From: Escherichia phage HY126
Sequence record: PP658200.1
Length of the DNA stretch: 64,000 nucleotides
Direction: 5' to 3' (one strand)
Below are positions 7,817 through 18,172 of the stretch, in pieces. The position numbers were made by a program, and so were the translations under genes. The notes under the pieces are model-generated. The model did not search any database. It worked only from the letters and a program-made list of their open reading frames with translations, and was not told where the DNA came from. Within the stretch, counting starts at the first letter, position 1. Every line of letters begins with the position of its first letter.

Positions 7817-10528
7817 TCAAAAATCGAACATATCGAACAGAGATGCTTTCTTCTCATAATCGAGTTTCGCTGCTGATGTGAATCCTTCAAGTGGTTTAAT
7901 AAATGTCTTCTCAAGGAGAACAGTGTAGTCCATCCAGTGAAGTACATCGTCTTTAATTAAATCTGTGATTTCAGTACCAGAAGGCCATGCGATACATTTA
8001 TCACCGAATGGGTTTCCTTCACGTAAAGGCAGAACATATACTTTTTCACCTTCTACAACTTGCGGTGCATCGATATTACCTTTGATAGCACGGTTATACG
8101 TCAGAATTCCACGAATATGGAACGGGCATTTGGGACCAGGGAATCCACCTACATCATATTTAGCAATGTTATTCGCAGAAGATACCGACGCGATGCTAAT
8201 ATAATTCAATTGACGGAATTCTTTTTCAAACTCTTTAAAATATTCTTGTAATGATTCTTCACCTTCTTGAAGCATACGACGAATACATTCTTTAAGAGCT
8301 TTCTGTACTGCTTTAGGAGTCGAAGATTTCTGAGTCTCTAGACCCATGATTTTGAGTTTAGGCTCAGCGTAACGAGTACCTTCCATATCCCACACGTTTA
8401 ATGCATAACGTTTCTTACCAGTCCAGAATCCACCAATACCTTTAGAACCGAGTGGAGGCCCAGCGATAGCTTCTCGGTCCATGAACATTAAGTGTTGTTT
8501 ATTGTTCATGTATTCACACATTTCACGGAAACCTCTATCAATAGCTGGTTCCATACGTTCACGTGCAAACTTATCTAAGAAGTCTACCCAATGGTTGGTA
8601 TCACGGAATTTAGATTCACCAACCTTATCGATAATTTTATCAGCAGATACGTAAATAGAGTCTGTATCACCATAAAGAACGAAAGCTTCACCTTCTGTAC
8701 CACAAACTTCATTCAGATATTCATTAACTTTACGTTCAATCCACTGTAAAGCCATTTGCCCGAATGTTGTGATTGCAGTAGCATTACGCAAATCATAATA
8801 ACGGAACCAAACGTTGCCAAGTGCACCATAAAGCGAGTTGATGAGCAATTTACGGTTAATTTGGGCAGTCATACCTGCAACTTCAGTACGTTGAGCTCTA
8901 AACAACATTTCATTAAGAGATTTAGCAGACAACTTTTTAATCTTTTCTTTAATCTCATCGCTGAAGTCGAAACGATAATCAACATCTAATGGTTCGTCAA
9001 CAGAAAGATTAGGATTATGCAATGCCTCTTTAATTATTTCACCATTACGTTGAGCTGCAAGCATGTAACCTTTATGTTCTTTACGTTGATTAAAGACCTT
9101 AGTGATTTCAGTTGGAACTACACCATCACGGTCTTTATAATACATCATGCCGTTAGGAGAACAACTGTACACATCAGAAGGACGTTCAGCAACAGCGTTA
9201 ATATAATCATGCAATGGAGCTACTTTAAACGTTCCTGCTATTGTTTCTGGGCTAATATTCACTTGGCGAATAATACTTGGATACAGAGATGTGAGGTCGA
9301 AGCTCATCACATATTTGTATCGATTTGGAATAGGTTCCTTAACAAAAGCACCAGGATAAGGTTGAACCGGATGAGAACGACCTTGTGGAATCACCTTGTT
9401 CTGCTCTTTAAGGCTATTAAAAATAATAGCATCCCATGTTTTAATTGGGCTAAACACGGATTGAATCTGTATCTTAGCATAATAACCCATGTCCAAACTC
9501 AAGTTGATGAACTGACGCTTAGCATCAATTTGCAATACACGATACACGTCGATAATGTTATAAGAAATATATCGTTGGTGATTGCTTTCACGAAGCTTAG
9601 AAATAGGGCCGTCATATTTCAGTTTACCAACGTTCAATTCAAATTCTGAAATGTAATCCAGAGAATACGACGGTTGATTGGTAAAAGAGAATTTTTTGTA
9701 AAGGTCAATGTAATCAAGAACAGAGATACCGAACAGTGTAATGATTTCACGAGAACCATACATGTTTTCGATAACTTTAACACGAGTTTTACGATGTGGT
9801 GATAAACGTTTCGCAGTAGATTCGCCAAAAATATTCTTGATTCGGTTATACACATATGGAATATCAAATGACTCAACGTTCCATCCAGTCAAAATGACAG
9901 GAGTTTTCTGTTGCCAGAAGTTGAGATATTCCATCAACAATTCTTTTTCGTTATCGAACGGCATATAAATGATTTTATCGATAATTTCGGATGGAACTTC
10001 ATCACCACCTTGTTCTTGAAGCTTAGCTGCAATTTCGATAGACCATTCTTCCACATTACCATATGGAGAATTCAATAGATCAAATACGTAGAACCTGTCG
10101 TCAATTGAGTCATAATGAGTGATAGCATCAATAGGATGTTTTGCTTGTGACGGCTCAGGGAACCCATCCGGAGATGTTACTTCGATGTCGAAGTTAGCCA
10201 CACGAATTTTTGTATGGTCGTATTTGATTTCATAGTTATAAGTGTCAGACAAATACGCCAATTTGAAATCGTCCATGCCAAGTGCTTCAAGTCCGATATC
10301 TTCCATGCGTTTAATCCATTGTGAGGCATCACGCATATTAGCGAACAACTTACGAGTACACGGCTTACCGTAGATATCGAAATATTTCGTAGCCTGACTT
10401 TCCGGACAATGAGCAAACAGTGATGGTTTATATTCTACTTCACGAGTACGTTCACGGCCGTTAGAATCGATGTAACGTTCAAAAATTGAATCACCAATCT
10501 GTTCAACCGTTAAGTAAAATTCTTTCAT
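7817..10528 (-). CDS. 43: DNA polymerase
   Basis: ORF track 903 aa; family-B polymerase with exonuclease domain; sequence is RB69-type gp43 (MKEFYLTVEQIG..., YGDTDS). Confidence 0.98.
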   Translation of the reverse strand: MKEFYLTVEQIGDSIFERYIDSNGRERTREVEYKPSLFAHCPESQATKYFDIYGKPCTRKLFANMRDASQWIKRMEDIGLEALGMDDFKLAYLSDTYNYEIKYDHTKIRVANFDIEVTSPDGFPEPSQAKHPIDAITHYDSIDDRFYVFDLLNSPYGNVEEWSIEIAAKLQEQGGDEVPSEIIDKIIYMPFDNEKELLMEYLNFWQQKTPVILTGWNVESFDIPYVYNRIKNIFGESTAKRLSPHRKTRVKVIENMYGSREIITLFGISVLDYIDLYKKFSFTNQPSYSLDYISEFELNVGKLKYDGPISKLRESNHQRYISYNIIDVYRVLQIDAKRQFINLSLDMGYYAKIQIQSVFSPIKTWDAIIFNSLKEQNKVIPQGRSHPVQPYPGAFVKEPIPNRYKYVMSFDLTSLYPSIIRQVNISPETIAGTFKVAPLHDYINAVAERPSDVYSCSPNGMMYYKDRDGVVPTEITKVFNQRKEHKGYMLAAQRNGEIIKEALHNPNLSVDEPLDVDYRFDFSDEIKEKIKKLSAKSLNEMLFRAQRTEVAGMTAQINRKLLINSLYGALGNVWFRYYDLRNATAITTFGQMALQWIERKVNEYLNEVCGTEGEAFVLYGDTDSIYVSADKIIDKVGESKFRDTNHWVDFLDKFARERMEPAIDRGFREMCEYMNNKQHLMFMDREAIAGPPLGSKGIGGFWTGKKRYALNVWDMEGTRYAEPKLKIMGLETQKSSTPKAVQKALKECIRRMLQEGEESLQEYFKEFEKEFRQLNYISIASVSSANNIAKYDVGGFPGPKCPFHIRGILTYNRAIKGNIDAPQVVEGEKVYVLPLREGNPFGDKCIAWPSGTEITDLIKDDVLHWMDYTVLLEKTFIKPLEGFTSAAKLDYEKKASLFDMFDF

Positions 10529-10556
10529 TTAATTTCCTTTAGACGAGTTATTGTCT
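10529..10556 (-). promoter_or_regulatory. Gene 43 translational operator (hairpin with loop AAUAACUC plus SD)
   Basis: mRNA-sense AGAC-AAUAACUC-GUCU followed by AAAGGAAAUUAA-AUG; loop sequence identical to the T4 gp43 autoregulatory operator. Confidence 0.6.
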
Positions 10557-10586
10557 TTTGTTTGTTGATGAACTTATTATACTCCA

Positions 10587-10606
10587 AATGGGACCGAAGT
10601 CCCATT
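10587..10606 (-). terminator. Stem-loop AATGGGAC-TTCG-GTCCCATT 3' of regA
   Basis: 8-bp perfect stem with UUCG tetraloop directly after regA stop; followed by TATAAT; weak U tract. Confidence 0.5.
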
Positions 10607-10609
10607 GCT

Positions 10610-10978
10610 TTAATTACCAATTGTATATTTTGCTTTCAAAGTCCAGTCATCTTTCTGTTTAAAAGAGATAACACGGAAGTTATTAGTCAGGCCAAACAGA
10701 TCTTCACGAGCAGAGTCTTCAATAACAATCAATCCCCATTCTTCAAGCAACTGAGCAATCGAATCACGTCGCTGATAGTCTTCACCGTCAATATCAACCT
10801 GACGTCCGTCCATACGCAACATTTCTTTAAAGTGGACGATATAGTATTTACCTTGCTTTTGGAGGATATGACAAGACTGGTAAAGGACTTTATCCTTGTT
10901 ATTAGCGATGCCCATACGGGTCAAAGTCTCTTTGACTTTCAGAAAATCTTCAGGGTTCTTCAATTTAATTTCAATCAT
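10610..10978 (-). CDS. regA: RegA translational repressor
   Basis: Matches T4 RegA (MIEIKLKNPEDFLKVKETLTRMGIANNKDKVLYQSCHILQK); start taken at fourth codon ATG (track start 10987). Confidence 0.9.
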   Translation of the reverse strand: MIEIKLKNPEDFLKVKETLTRMGIANNKDKVLYQSCHILQKQGKYYIVHFKEMLRMDGRQVDIDGEDYQRRDSIAQLLEEWGLIVIEDSAREDLFGLTNNFRVISFKQKDDWTLKAKYTIGN

Positions 10979-10980
10979 TT

Positions 10981-11544
10981 TTACCATTCCAATGCTAATT
11001 TTTTAAATTGTTTTTGTTCTTTCACATTTTTTGTAACTTCTTTGAGAAACTCATCAGTGACCATGGCCTTCAGTTCTTTAAGGACTATTGGCAACTTGTT
11101 ATTTTTTTCAAGGAGCCGCTTATACTCAGTAGCATCATTCATGTTGATTGTGTAATGTTTCATCAACAGTTTGATAACTAGTAACTCTGAAGTGTCTTCG
11201 ACTAGTTTAGCCCATTTAGAGAATCGACGACCACGCGGAATTGCCGCCATCATATAGTTGAAGTGCGCTTCATCACTTAATTCAGAACCGACTAAGTTCA
11301 TCATGTAAACAGCTGGCATACATTCTGGGAACTGGGATAATGAGTTCTCAACCATAAATTTTGAGTAGTCAACCTGAGCAATTGACATAGATTTCTTTTC
11401 ATTAATAGCATTAATGATTTTAAAGAATTCATTCTCAGGTTTTTCTTTAAACATATCAGCACATTTTTGAATCGCATCAGCGTCATTAGACTTCCATGCA
11501 ATTTGGTGCTCGTTAAGCTGGACGTCATCATCGAATAAGTTCAT
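10981..11544 (-). CDS. 62: Clamp-loader small subunit
   Basis: ORF track 187 aa; position and length as T4 gp62. Confidence 0.9.
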   Translation of the reverse strand: MNLFDDDVQLNEHQIAWKSNDADAIQKCADMFKEKPENEFFKIINAINEKKSMSIAQVDYSKFMVENSLSQFPECMPAVYMMNLVGSELSDEAHFNYMMAAIPRGRRFSKWAKLVEDTSELLVIKLLMKHYTINMNDATEYKRLLEKNNKLPIVLKELKAMVTDEFLKEVTKNVKEQKQFKKLALEW

Positions 11545-11545
11545 A

Positions 11546-12508
11546 TTATTTCCAAGTCAGTTCGCAGGTCAGTTGAAGAAGCATATACATAACATGTAAT
11601 TCAATATTACTTGCTAATCCATGAAACTTATTATTTTCGCCTGCAATTTCGTAAAGCGAAATAATACTTTTACCAGGTGCAACTTGGTCATAACATTCTG
11701 AAACTAATTTATCGATGAACCATGAATAATCTGCAGCATATTTTGGAGCTAATGCACGAAGTTGTTTGATATCTTTGTTCTTCATTGCTTCGATAACATC
11801 AGAGACTGTGCCACGGTCATTAGTTACGATAGACAGAATACCTGCGTCAAGAACACCTTTAGACGAGTACTGGTCTAATTGGCCAATTGTACGACGAAAG
11901 TCTGGGAAGTTCTTTTTAACCAGAGCTGCAACAACTTTCATATCAGCGATTTCGATATTTTCGTTCTTACAGATTTCAACCATACGATGAATCATTTTCT
12001 TCATCATCGAGATTTTATCTTCTTCAGTCGGACGACCGAATTCGATAACTCGACAACGGCTACGTAATGGTTCAATAATTCCATCAATATTGTTAGCAGT
12101 GATAATAATAGAGCAGTTACTAGAGAATTCTTCCATAAACGTACGAAGGTGACGTTGTGATTCGGCGAGGCCACTACGGTCAAATTCATCAATAACAATA
12201 ACTTTAGGCTTGCCTTCCATTGAGACTGAACGAGCGAATGCAGTTAACGGACCACGCACAAAATCAATCTTACAATCAGAACCGTTGACGAACATCATTT
12301 CGGCATTGATATCATTACATAATGCTTTTGCTACGGTTGTTTTACCTGTACCAGGAGAAGGAGAGTGCAAAATAATATGAGGAAGTTTTCCTTTAGATAC
12401 TAAAGACTTGAATGTTTCATGGTCATACGCAGGCAGAATACATTCGTCAATGGAAGAAGGACGATATTTCTGTTCTAGAATGTGTTCTTTGGAATTGATA
12501 GTAATCAT
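11546..12508 (-). CDS. 44: Clamp-loader large subunit (AAA+ ATPase)
   Basis: ORF track 320 aa; Walker [11 protein letters not shown], Walker B VIVIDEFD. Confidence 0.95.
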   Translation of the reverse strand: MITINSKEHILEQKYRPSSIDECILPAYDHETFKSLVSKGKLPHIILHSPSPGTGKTTVAKALCNDINAEMMFVNGSDCKIDFVRGPLTAFARSVSMEGKPKVIVIDEFDRSGLAESQRHLRTFMEEFSSNCSIIITANNIDGIIEPLRSRCRVIEFGRPTEEDKISMMKKMIHRMVEICKNENIEIADMKVVAALVKKNFPDFRRTIGQLDQYSSKGVLDAGILSIVTNDRGTVSDVIEAMKNKDIKQLRALAPKYAADYSWFIDKLVSECYDQVAPGKSIISLYEIAGENNKFHGLASNIELHVMYMLLQLTCELTWK

Positions 12509-12533
12509 GTAATTTTCCTCATTATCATTAAAC

Positions 12534-12577
12534 TGGAGGATTTCTCCTCCATAATCGTACTACATTAAACGTAAAGC
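12534..12577 (-). promoter_or_regulatory. Putative MotA-type middle promoter and stem-loop upstream of gene 44
   Basis: mRNA-sense aGCTTTA box, 12-bp spacer, TACGAT; adjacent hairpin TGGAGGA-gaaa-TCCTCCA, then GAGG SD of gene 44. Confidence 0.35.
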
Positions 12578-12583
12578 TTTGAC

Positions 12584-13270
12584 TTAGAAGTCGTGAGTAG
12601 AATCGGCTTCCATTGCAATAACATAACTTACTTGAGAGCTTTCAAACTTGGCTGCAACTTTATCACCAGCTCCCCACAACATTACTTTATAGTTACCCGG
12701 CTGGATTTTCATATTAGCCATATTGATTACGAAGTTAAAGTTGTTAGAACCATCGTAATCGGTAAGAGTCAAAGAATACTTAGGACGAGTCAAGCCAGAA
12801 TCTTCAACTTTATTATAGCCGTTGATAACAATTTTACCATCTTTATTTGTAATAGCAATTGTATCAATCTGAAGACCACGTGAAACTCGAAGCAATTGTT
12901 GAAGGTCTTCAGCTTTAATTTCAGTAATCACAGAAGCCACTGGGAATTGAATTGGCTTATTAGGAAAAACAATGGTGCTCTTGTCAGCGGCAGGCCAATA
13001 AACCGTGGAACGTGTATCTGCAATTTTAATATTGCCATCGGTGTGCATCGAAATTTCAGCATCATCAGACACTAGACTCAAAATGCTTAAGAAGCTATTC
13101 AAATCATAAAGTGCTACGTCAAAATCAATTTCATCAGAGATATTTGCTTCCGCATAAGTGGTGCCATTAACTGCACGAGTCATAATAAATTTACCTTGAC
13201 TCAGCAGAATGCCGGAGTTAATAGAGGCAAAGTTTTTCAGAATAGCGATAGTATCTTTAGACAGTTTCAT
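12584..13270 (-). CDS. 45: Sliding clamp
   Basis: Matches T4 gp45 from MKLSKDT (228 aa); track ORF begins 5 codons upstream at 13285. Confidence 0.95.
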   Translation of the reverse strand: MKLSKDTIAILKNFASINSGILLSQGKFIMTRAVNGTTYAEANISDEIDFDVALYDLNSFLSILSLVSDDAEISMHTDGNIKIADTRSTVYWPAADKSTIVFPNKPIQFPVASVITEIKAEDLQQLLRVSRGLQIDTIAITNKDGKIVINGYNKVEDSGLTRPKYSLTLTDYDGSNNFNFVINMANMKIQPGNYKVMLWGAGDKVAAKFESSQVSYVIAMEADSTHDF

Positions 13271-13310
13271 TTTATTTCCTTTCAAGACAATTCAAAGTTT
13301 AACAAATTTA

Positions 13311-13727
13311 TTATGCAGCAACCATCTGCTTTTTAATAGCTTCAGGCAGTGATTCAATATATTCTGGAATTTTAGAAGCAACAATTTCACCAGCTGCAAT
13401 TAGTTGTTCGTCGGCATCAACACAGTAGAGATCTTCCAGACGCTCAGAACCATCTTTATCAAGAACGATTTTTCCGCCGGCTTCAATAGAATCTTTATAG
13501 TGCTTACGCATCAGATGAATCCACATATCAGATACATCGTTATCAATAAAACCATAAATCATAAAACGAGTTTCTTGTGGCAAAGATTGGAGTTTTTTAG
13601 CACTTACGTCATCACAATGCAGGACCCATGCTTTACGAACACGATTATGGTTATGTGGGTTAGCGTCAGTACGGATAGAAGTAACTTTCAGATCAGCAGC
13701 AGTGAAACCTTTAGCAGTAGTAAACAT
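13311..13727 (-). CDS. rpbA: RNA polymerase-binding protein RpbA (positional)
   Basis: ORF track 138 aa; between 45 and 46 as in T4. Confidence 0.6.
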   Translation of the reverse strand: MFTTAKGFTAADLKVTSIRTDANPHNHNRVRKAWVLHCDDVSAKKLQSLPQETRFMIYGFIDNDVSDMWIHLMRKHYKDSIEAGGKIVLDKDGSERLEDLYCVDADEQLIAAGEIVASKIPEYIESLPEAIKKQMVAA

Positions 13728-13739
13728 ATTATTTCTCTC

Positions 13740-13940
13740 TTATTCGTAGAAGTCGGTAACTGTCCATGCGGAATTGCGATTAGACATTATTTTATTATAC
13801 TCATCTTTAAAAGCAGATTTGAGCATTTGTTCAGTAACAATATGTTCTTCACCTGAAAACGTATTGGTCAAAACATATTTTTTAATTTCAGGGACAACGA
13901 GAAGATGTTGCCCGGTTGAATACTCCATGTTGTTCTCCAT
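13740..13940 (-). CDS. Hypothetical small protein (45.2-like position)
   Basis: ORF track 66 aa, tightly packed between rpbA and 46. Confidence 0.45.
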   Translation of the reverse strand: MENNMEYSTGQHLLVVPEIKKYVLTNTFSGEEHIVTEQMLKSAFKDEYNKIMSNRNSAWTVTDFYE

Positions 13941-13982
13941 TTAATTTGATGTGGTCATTATAACCACATCATGTTAAAGCGT

Positions 13983-15671
13983 TTATGAAACAGTCATTAC
14001 CGTAAATCGTCCAACTTTGCTCATCTGAAGATGTTGTCCATAAGCTTGTGGGTCATGGTCTCTATGACTAATTATAAACACGTTTGCATCGGTTAGAGAG
14101 TTAAGAATTGTTGAAATAGCTTTAATACCTTCAGAATCAGTAGCGGAATCCATGACTTCGTCCATAATTAATGTATTGATTCTAACACCAGAGACCTTTT
14201 CAGCAATATCTCGCCATGTAAACAACAATGCGATATCGATACGTGCCTTTTCACCTTGACTAAATGAAGCATAACTAAAATCTTCACGACCACGTGATTT
14301 TATAGATTCATTGAATTCTTCGTCAATAGAAAATACGTAATCAGCTTCCATGATTTTAAGATAATGGTTAATCTGCTTGTTGAACAGAGGCACATATTTT
14401 TTAATGATAGCACCTTTAATACCAGAATCTTTTAACATATCTGTGATAATACCACGATGGTATTTTTCAAGAACGATATCAGATTTTGTTTTAATGATTT
14501 TATCAAGTTCTTTTTGAAGCAAAGCTATCTCATCAGCATGGTCGATAAATTCCGCCGAGGCTTGTTCTATTGCAGCTTTAACTTTCTTAGCTTTATCAAT
14601 AGTGGCAATCATTGCTTGTTTCTTGGTACGAATATCAGATGCAAGGTCCTGTTTAGTCTTAACATTAGCTCTATATTCGTCCACTAGGACACTCAGATTA
14701 TCTCTGTGACATGTAAGTTGCTCGAATGAGTGATTACATTCATGAAGCTTATTGGTAATCTTAGAGACAATAGGATCACCCTGGTGCAACTGTGATGCAC
14801 AAGTAGGACATGTACCACCATCATGATACATCTTAATAACTTTGTTATACGAGTCAATTTTAGATTTAATCAAGAATGCTTCTTGTCCTATCTTGTTGAA
14901 TGCCTCAGTAGGGTCTTCATCAAGAACGATATTAAGTAGTCGCTCATTAGCTTCTTCGATTTCTGCTTTTAATGAACGAGCTTCTTTGGCTAGGTCGTCA
15001 TACATATTCTGTAGACGCGCTACATTATCACCAGATAATTTCTTTTGACGTTCGATATTCTCGTTATAAATCTTAATTTGTTGGATAACACCATCTTTCT
15101 TGGCATCGAGAACTTGTCCCTGGGAATTAAGTTCTCGAACTTGAGACTTATTGATTTTATCCATTTCAGCGAGTGTGCCGACTTCTAAAAGGTCTTCGAC
15201 AAGTTTTCTGCGAGCAGGGGTGCTAAGAGCCATGAAAGGGGTATACCCTGCCGTCCCAAGCACAACGATTTGTTTAAAAGACGCGTATGACATTCCGATG
15301 CTGCGTTCAAATTCTTCTTGGAAGTCACGACTGCTGGCAGATTCATCAAGACGAACACCGTCAACGGAGATTTCGAAAATATTGGGCTTTTGGCCACGTT
15401 TAATGAAGTATTTTTTACCATCGAATTCCATCCAAAGCTCAACTAAGAGCTCTTTCTTGTTCGTGCTATTAATGATTTGCCCTTTCTTAACATCACGAAA
15501 TGGTTTACCGAAAAGTCCGAAAGTAATGGCTTCTAACATCGTAGATTTACCACCACCATTTTTACCAGTGATTAATGTCTTTTGGACTTTATCTAATTGG
15601 ATGTCAATAGGATTCCCACCTACCGACATGATGTTTTGATAACGAACACGATTTAATTTAAATGATTTCAT
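13983..15671 (-). CDS. 46: Recombination endonuclease subunit (Rad50/SbcC-like ATPase)
   Basis: ORF track 562 aa; Walker A GKNGGGKST, long coiled coil, C-terminal signature region. Confidence 0.95.
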   Translation of the reverse strand: MKSFKLNRVRYQNIMSVGGNPIDIQLDKVQKTLITGKNGGGKSTMLEAITFGLFGKPFRDVKKGQIINSTNKKELLVELWMEFDGKKYFIKRGQKPNIFEISVDGVRLDESASSRDFQEEFERSIGMSYASFKQIVVLGTAGYTPFMALSTPARRKLVEDLLEVGTLAEMDKINKSQVRELNSQGQVLDAKKDGVIQQIKIYNENIERQKKLSGDNVARLQNMYDDLAKEARSLKAEIEEANERLLNIVLDEDPTEAFNKIGQEAFLIKSKIDSYNKVIKMYHDGGTCPTCASQLHQGDPIVSKITNKLHECNHSFEQLTCHRDNLSVLVDEYRANVKTKQDLASDIRTKKQAMIATIDKAKKVKAAIEQASAEFIDHADEIALLQKELDKIIKTKSDIVLEKYHRGIITDMLKDSGIKGAIIKKYVPLFNKQINHYLKIMEADYVFSIDEEFNESIKSRGREDFSYASFSQGEKARIDIALLFTWRDIAEKVSGVRINTLIMDEVMDSATDSEGIKAISTILNSLTDANVFIISHRDHDPQAYGQHLQMSKVGRFTVMTVS

Positions 15672-15922
15672 ATGTATTCTCTTCGAATGAAGTCCTCTAC
15701 ATATTTTAACATGTCATCTCTATCAGCAAAATATTCATCTAGTTCTGCATACATAACAACACCTGGTGCGTACTCACAGGTAACATACATTGTTCCAAAG
15801 AAACGAGGAGTTGATTCCTCGTAATTCTCAGTCCATTCAACGATACCAATATAACCGTCACCAATACTAAATTCGTGACGATGGATTTCATAGTCAGTCT
15901 TCGTCATTATACGCATCCTCAA
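15668..15922 (-). CDS. Hypothetical protein
   Basis: ORF track 84 aa; start overlaps upstream ORF end. Confidence 0.45.
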   Translation of the reverse strand: MRMRIMTKTDYEIHRHEFSIGDGYIGIVEWTENYEESTPRFFGTMYVTCEYAPGVVMYAELDEYFADRDDMLKYVEDFIRREYI

Positions 15923-16151
15923 TACACGCTTCAGCCATTTTAAGAATAGAGCCAGGAGTATCGTTGTCCATTATATTAAAGCTAAATTCAATAGCCCAGT
16001 CGGTGCAGACATGAACTGCTTTAACTTCATTACCTTCAACGCGTAATGGCTCAATCCAATACTTGATAGTGTTCTCGAATCCATCACCATCTTTAACGTC
16101 TATTTCAGCTTCAAGCCCGAGCCCAGCATTGTTAAATTCATCTAAAGTCAT
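15894..16151 (-). CDS. Hypothetical acidic protein
   Basis: ORF track 85 aa; ATG overlaps gene 47 stop. Confidence 0.45.
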   Translation of the reverse strand: MTLDEFNNAGLGLEAEIDVKDGDGFENTIKYWIEPLRVEGNEVKAVHVCTDWAIEFSFNIMDNDTPGSILKMAEACIEDAYNDED

Positions 16152-17167
16152 TGTGTTGCCTCAATATAAAGTTCGTTAGAATATTTGACCAGCGCTTCTC
16201 TGTCTTCGTCTGAGATATCTGGAATCGCGTCAATATATTCTTTAATGATATCTTGAAGTGATTTAATCTCGATTTCCTGGTCGTCATCAGATTCAACACT
16301 GTTATCAACTTTAGAAACCATACGAAGAGAGTGTACTACTTTTTCAAGTTCAGATTCAAACTTAGTCAACTCTGAATCAATTTCTGATACTATAACACGT
16401 AAGGCTAGATTAGTATAATCAGAATAATTGATTTTGCCTTTAAATGGATAAGTGATTCGTCGATGCCATGTTGTTTCATTAGGAATAAATTCCATACGTT
16501 CAACATCAGTGTCAAATACCCAGAATCCGCGCGGGTCGTTCTCATCGCCTGCAGTAAGTGTCCATGGTGTCCCAATATATTTGACGTTAGCAGCTTCAGA
16601 GATTGTGTGGAAGTGGCCGGACCAGACTTGTTTATAGGTCTTTAAGAAATCAGGTTCAAGCCCATGAGACTTCATTCCTTTATAGAAATAAAAGCCGTTC
16701 AGTTCCCAGTGCCCAACACAATACGCTGCGGAAGAAGTCTTGATGTGCTCTAAGATTTCACCTGTATTTTCTTCACACATCCATGGAACGATATCAATCA
16801 GACATCCGTCAAAATCTACAGTAGTTGGATGCTCGTAAATAGTAAAGTTTTCAAATTGAGTTAACAATTCAGAAACAGTGTTAGGTGTTATTGTATTCTT
16901 AAACGCCATGTCATGGTTTCCTATCGTGACATGAACGTGAATGCCTGCTTTAGAAATCATATCAACAATTTCACGATTGAATTCCATTGTACGATGTGTT
17001 ATTGCTTTACGGACGTCAAACCAATCACCGTACTGAATCCAAGTTTTAATCCCGTGTTTCTTAGAGTATTCAATTGCTTGACGAATACCATCACGTTGAA
17101 TATCTTGAACCCATGGGTCGTCTTGTTTGACTCCGATATGGAAGTCGCCTAAGTGCAAAATTTTCAT
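16148..17167 (-). CDS. 47: Recombination endonuclease subunit (Mre11/SbcD-like phosphoesterase)
   Basis: ORF track 339 aa; MKILHLGDFH, GNHD metallophosphatase motifs. Confidence 0.95.
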   Translation of the reverse strand: MKILHLGDFHIGVKQDDPWVQDIQRDGIRQAIEYSKKHGIKTWIQYGDWFDVRKAITHRTMEFNREIVDMISKAGIHVHVTIGNHDMAFKNTITPNTVSELLTQFENFTIYEHPTTVDFDGCLIDIVPWMCEENTGEILEHIKTSSAAYCVGHWELNGFYFYKGMKSHGLEPDFLKTYKQVWSGHFHTISEAANVKYIGTPWTLTAGDENDPRGFWVFDTDVERMEFIPNETTWHRRITYPFKGKINYSDYTNLALRVIVSEIDSELTKFESELEKVVHSLRMVSKVDNSVESDDDQEIEIKSLQDIIKEYIDAIPDISDEDREALVKYSNELYIEATQ

Positions 17168-17213
17168 ATTATTTCCTCATTAGTTAATTCATTCTATCAT
17201 CCGTTTATAAAGC

Positions 17214-17238
17214 AAAAAAAGGAACTCCGAAGAGTTCC
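17214..17238 (-). terminator. Rho-independent terminator (GGAACUC-UUCG-GAGUUCC + U7)
   Basis: 7-bp stem, UUCG tetraloop and seven U on the minus-strand transcript, directly after the 17238..17411 ORF stop and upstream of gene 47. Confidence 0.7.
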
Positions 17239-17411
17239 TATCCACATAGTACACCGTACAGAGGCTCATTTGAACTTTTAAATCGAATGGGCTTGTATGT
17301 AATAGTTCCTTCGGCTTTAGCTTTATCATAAGACTCTTTAAAACGTCTCATTCTTTCTGCTTTGCCTTTACGGATTTTATCGAAATTTTCAGAGGTCAGG
17401 TCGTTCGTCAT
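17238..17411 (-). CDS. 57-aa basic protein (MTNDLTSENFDKIRKGKAERMRRFKESYDKAKAEG...)
   Basis: Hand-translated; ATG at 17411, TAG at 17240..17238, followed by terminator. Below ORF-track cutoff. Confidence 0.4.
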   Translation of the reverse strand: MTNDLTSENFDKIRKGKAERMRRFKESYDKAKAEGTITYKPIRFKSSNEPLYGVLCG

Positions 17412-17450
17412 GCATAATCACCTCTCAGAAAATACCTAAATCGATTTCTC

Positions 17451-17672
17451 TCATCGTTTCCACCATTTCTTAACTTGAAATGAATCAACCCACACGAGTT
17501 GTTTTGGGTCTGCCTTTACAATAGGCGGACAAATTTCTGTAATAGAACCGTCGTGATATTCCTTTTCGGAAATTTTAACACAAAGAGGACCTCCCAATTT
17601 AAGGGTGAACCCTGCGTTCAGCTTCAGACGTTTAAACTTTGTTTGAACTAGCGCCATTAATGATGTCCTCAA
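17451..17672 (-). CDS. Hypothetical protein
   Basis: ORF track 73 aa in region where T4 carries alpha-gt and small ORFs. Confidence 0.35.
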   Translation of the reverse strand: MRTSLMALVQTKFKRLKLNAGFTLKLGGPLCVKISEKEYHDGSITEICPPIVKADPKQLVWVDSFQVKKWWKR

Positions 17673-17955
17673 TAGCCTGACGAGTAGTAACCCACTGGAT
17701 TTTAATTAACTTGTCATTATATGGTTGTCGTAGAATATCCCGAGATTTCTTAATAGCATATTCGTAAGCTTCGAAGTTGTTTTGAATTGCTGCTTCTTGA
17801 GCATGAGCATAAAGACGGTTTAGCTCAAAACGATTCTTTTTAAGAATCTTTTCGGATTTTTTACGTGCTTCAGCTTCATTTTTCTTTTGGATTTCTTGTA
17901 GCATTTTAGCTACTGCATCTTCTGCTTCTTTATTTTCAATAATCTCGGTAGTCAT
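17632..17955 (-). CDS. Hypothetical Lys/Glu-rich protein
   Basis: ORF track 107 aa. Confidence 0.45.
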   Translation of the reverse strand: MTTEIIENKEAEDAVAKMLQEIQKKNEAEARKKSEKILKKNRFELNRLYAHAQEAAIQNNFEAYEYAIKKSRDILRQPYNDKLIKIQWVTTRQAIEDIINGASSNKV

Positions 17956-17956
17956 A

Positions 17957-18172
17957 TTATCTCATTAAATTAAAATAAAAACGTCCATCCTCTTCAATAC
18001 AGAACTCATACTCAACCGGAGTCCCATTTATCGAAAATGACACGTCATGTGGGTTCAAAGGGTCGATGTCAAAATTAATTTTAAATTCACGACCCAACAG
18101 TTTTACCAAATAAGGGATTGCTTCGTCAAAAGGTTCTTCTAAGTAGTTAGAGATGTCAATTGTCATCCTCAT
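17957..18172 (-). CDS. Hypothetical protein
   Basis: Track ORF 17957..18250 trimmed to internal ATG 18172 that overlaps the gene 55 stop by 17 nt. Confidence 0.4.
   Translation of the reverse strand: MRMTIDISNYLEEPFDEAIPYLVKLLGREFKINFDIDPLNPHDVSFSINGTPVEYEFCIEEDGRFYFNLMR

Noticed and set aside
9017-9649. Plus-strand ORFs inside minus-strand genes (e.g. 9017..9649 within gene 43, 15151..15639 within gene 46, 50580..51089 opposite 50594..51097)
   Set aside because: They lie antisense to genes with strong homology support, have no SD or promoter context and low-complexity translations; treated as chance ORFs.
17168-18155. Alpha-glucosyltransferase between genes 47 and 55
   Set aside because: Interval contains only small ORFs of 57-107 aa; no ~400-aa glycosyltransferase frame on either strand.
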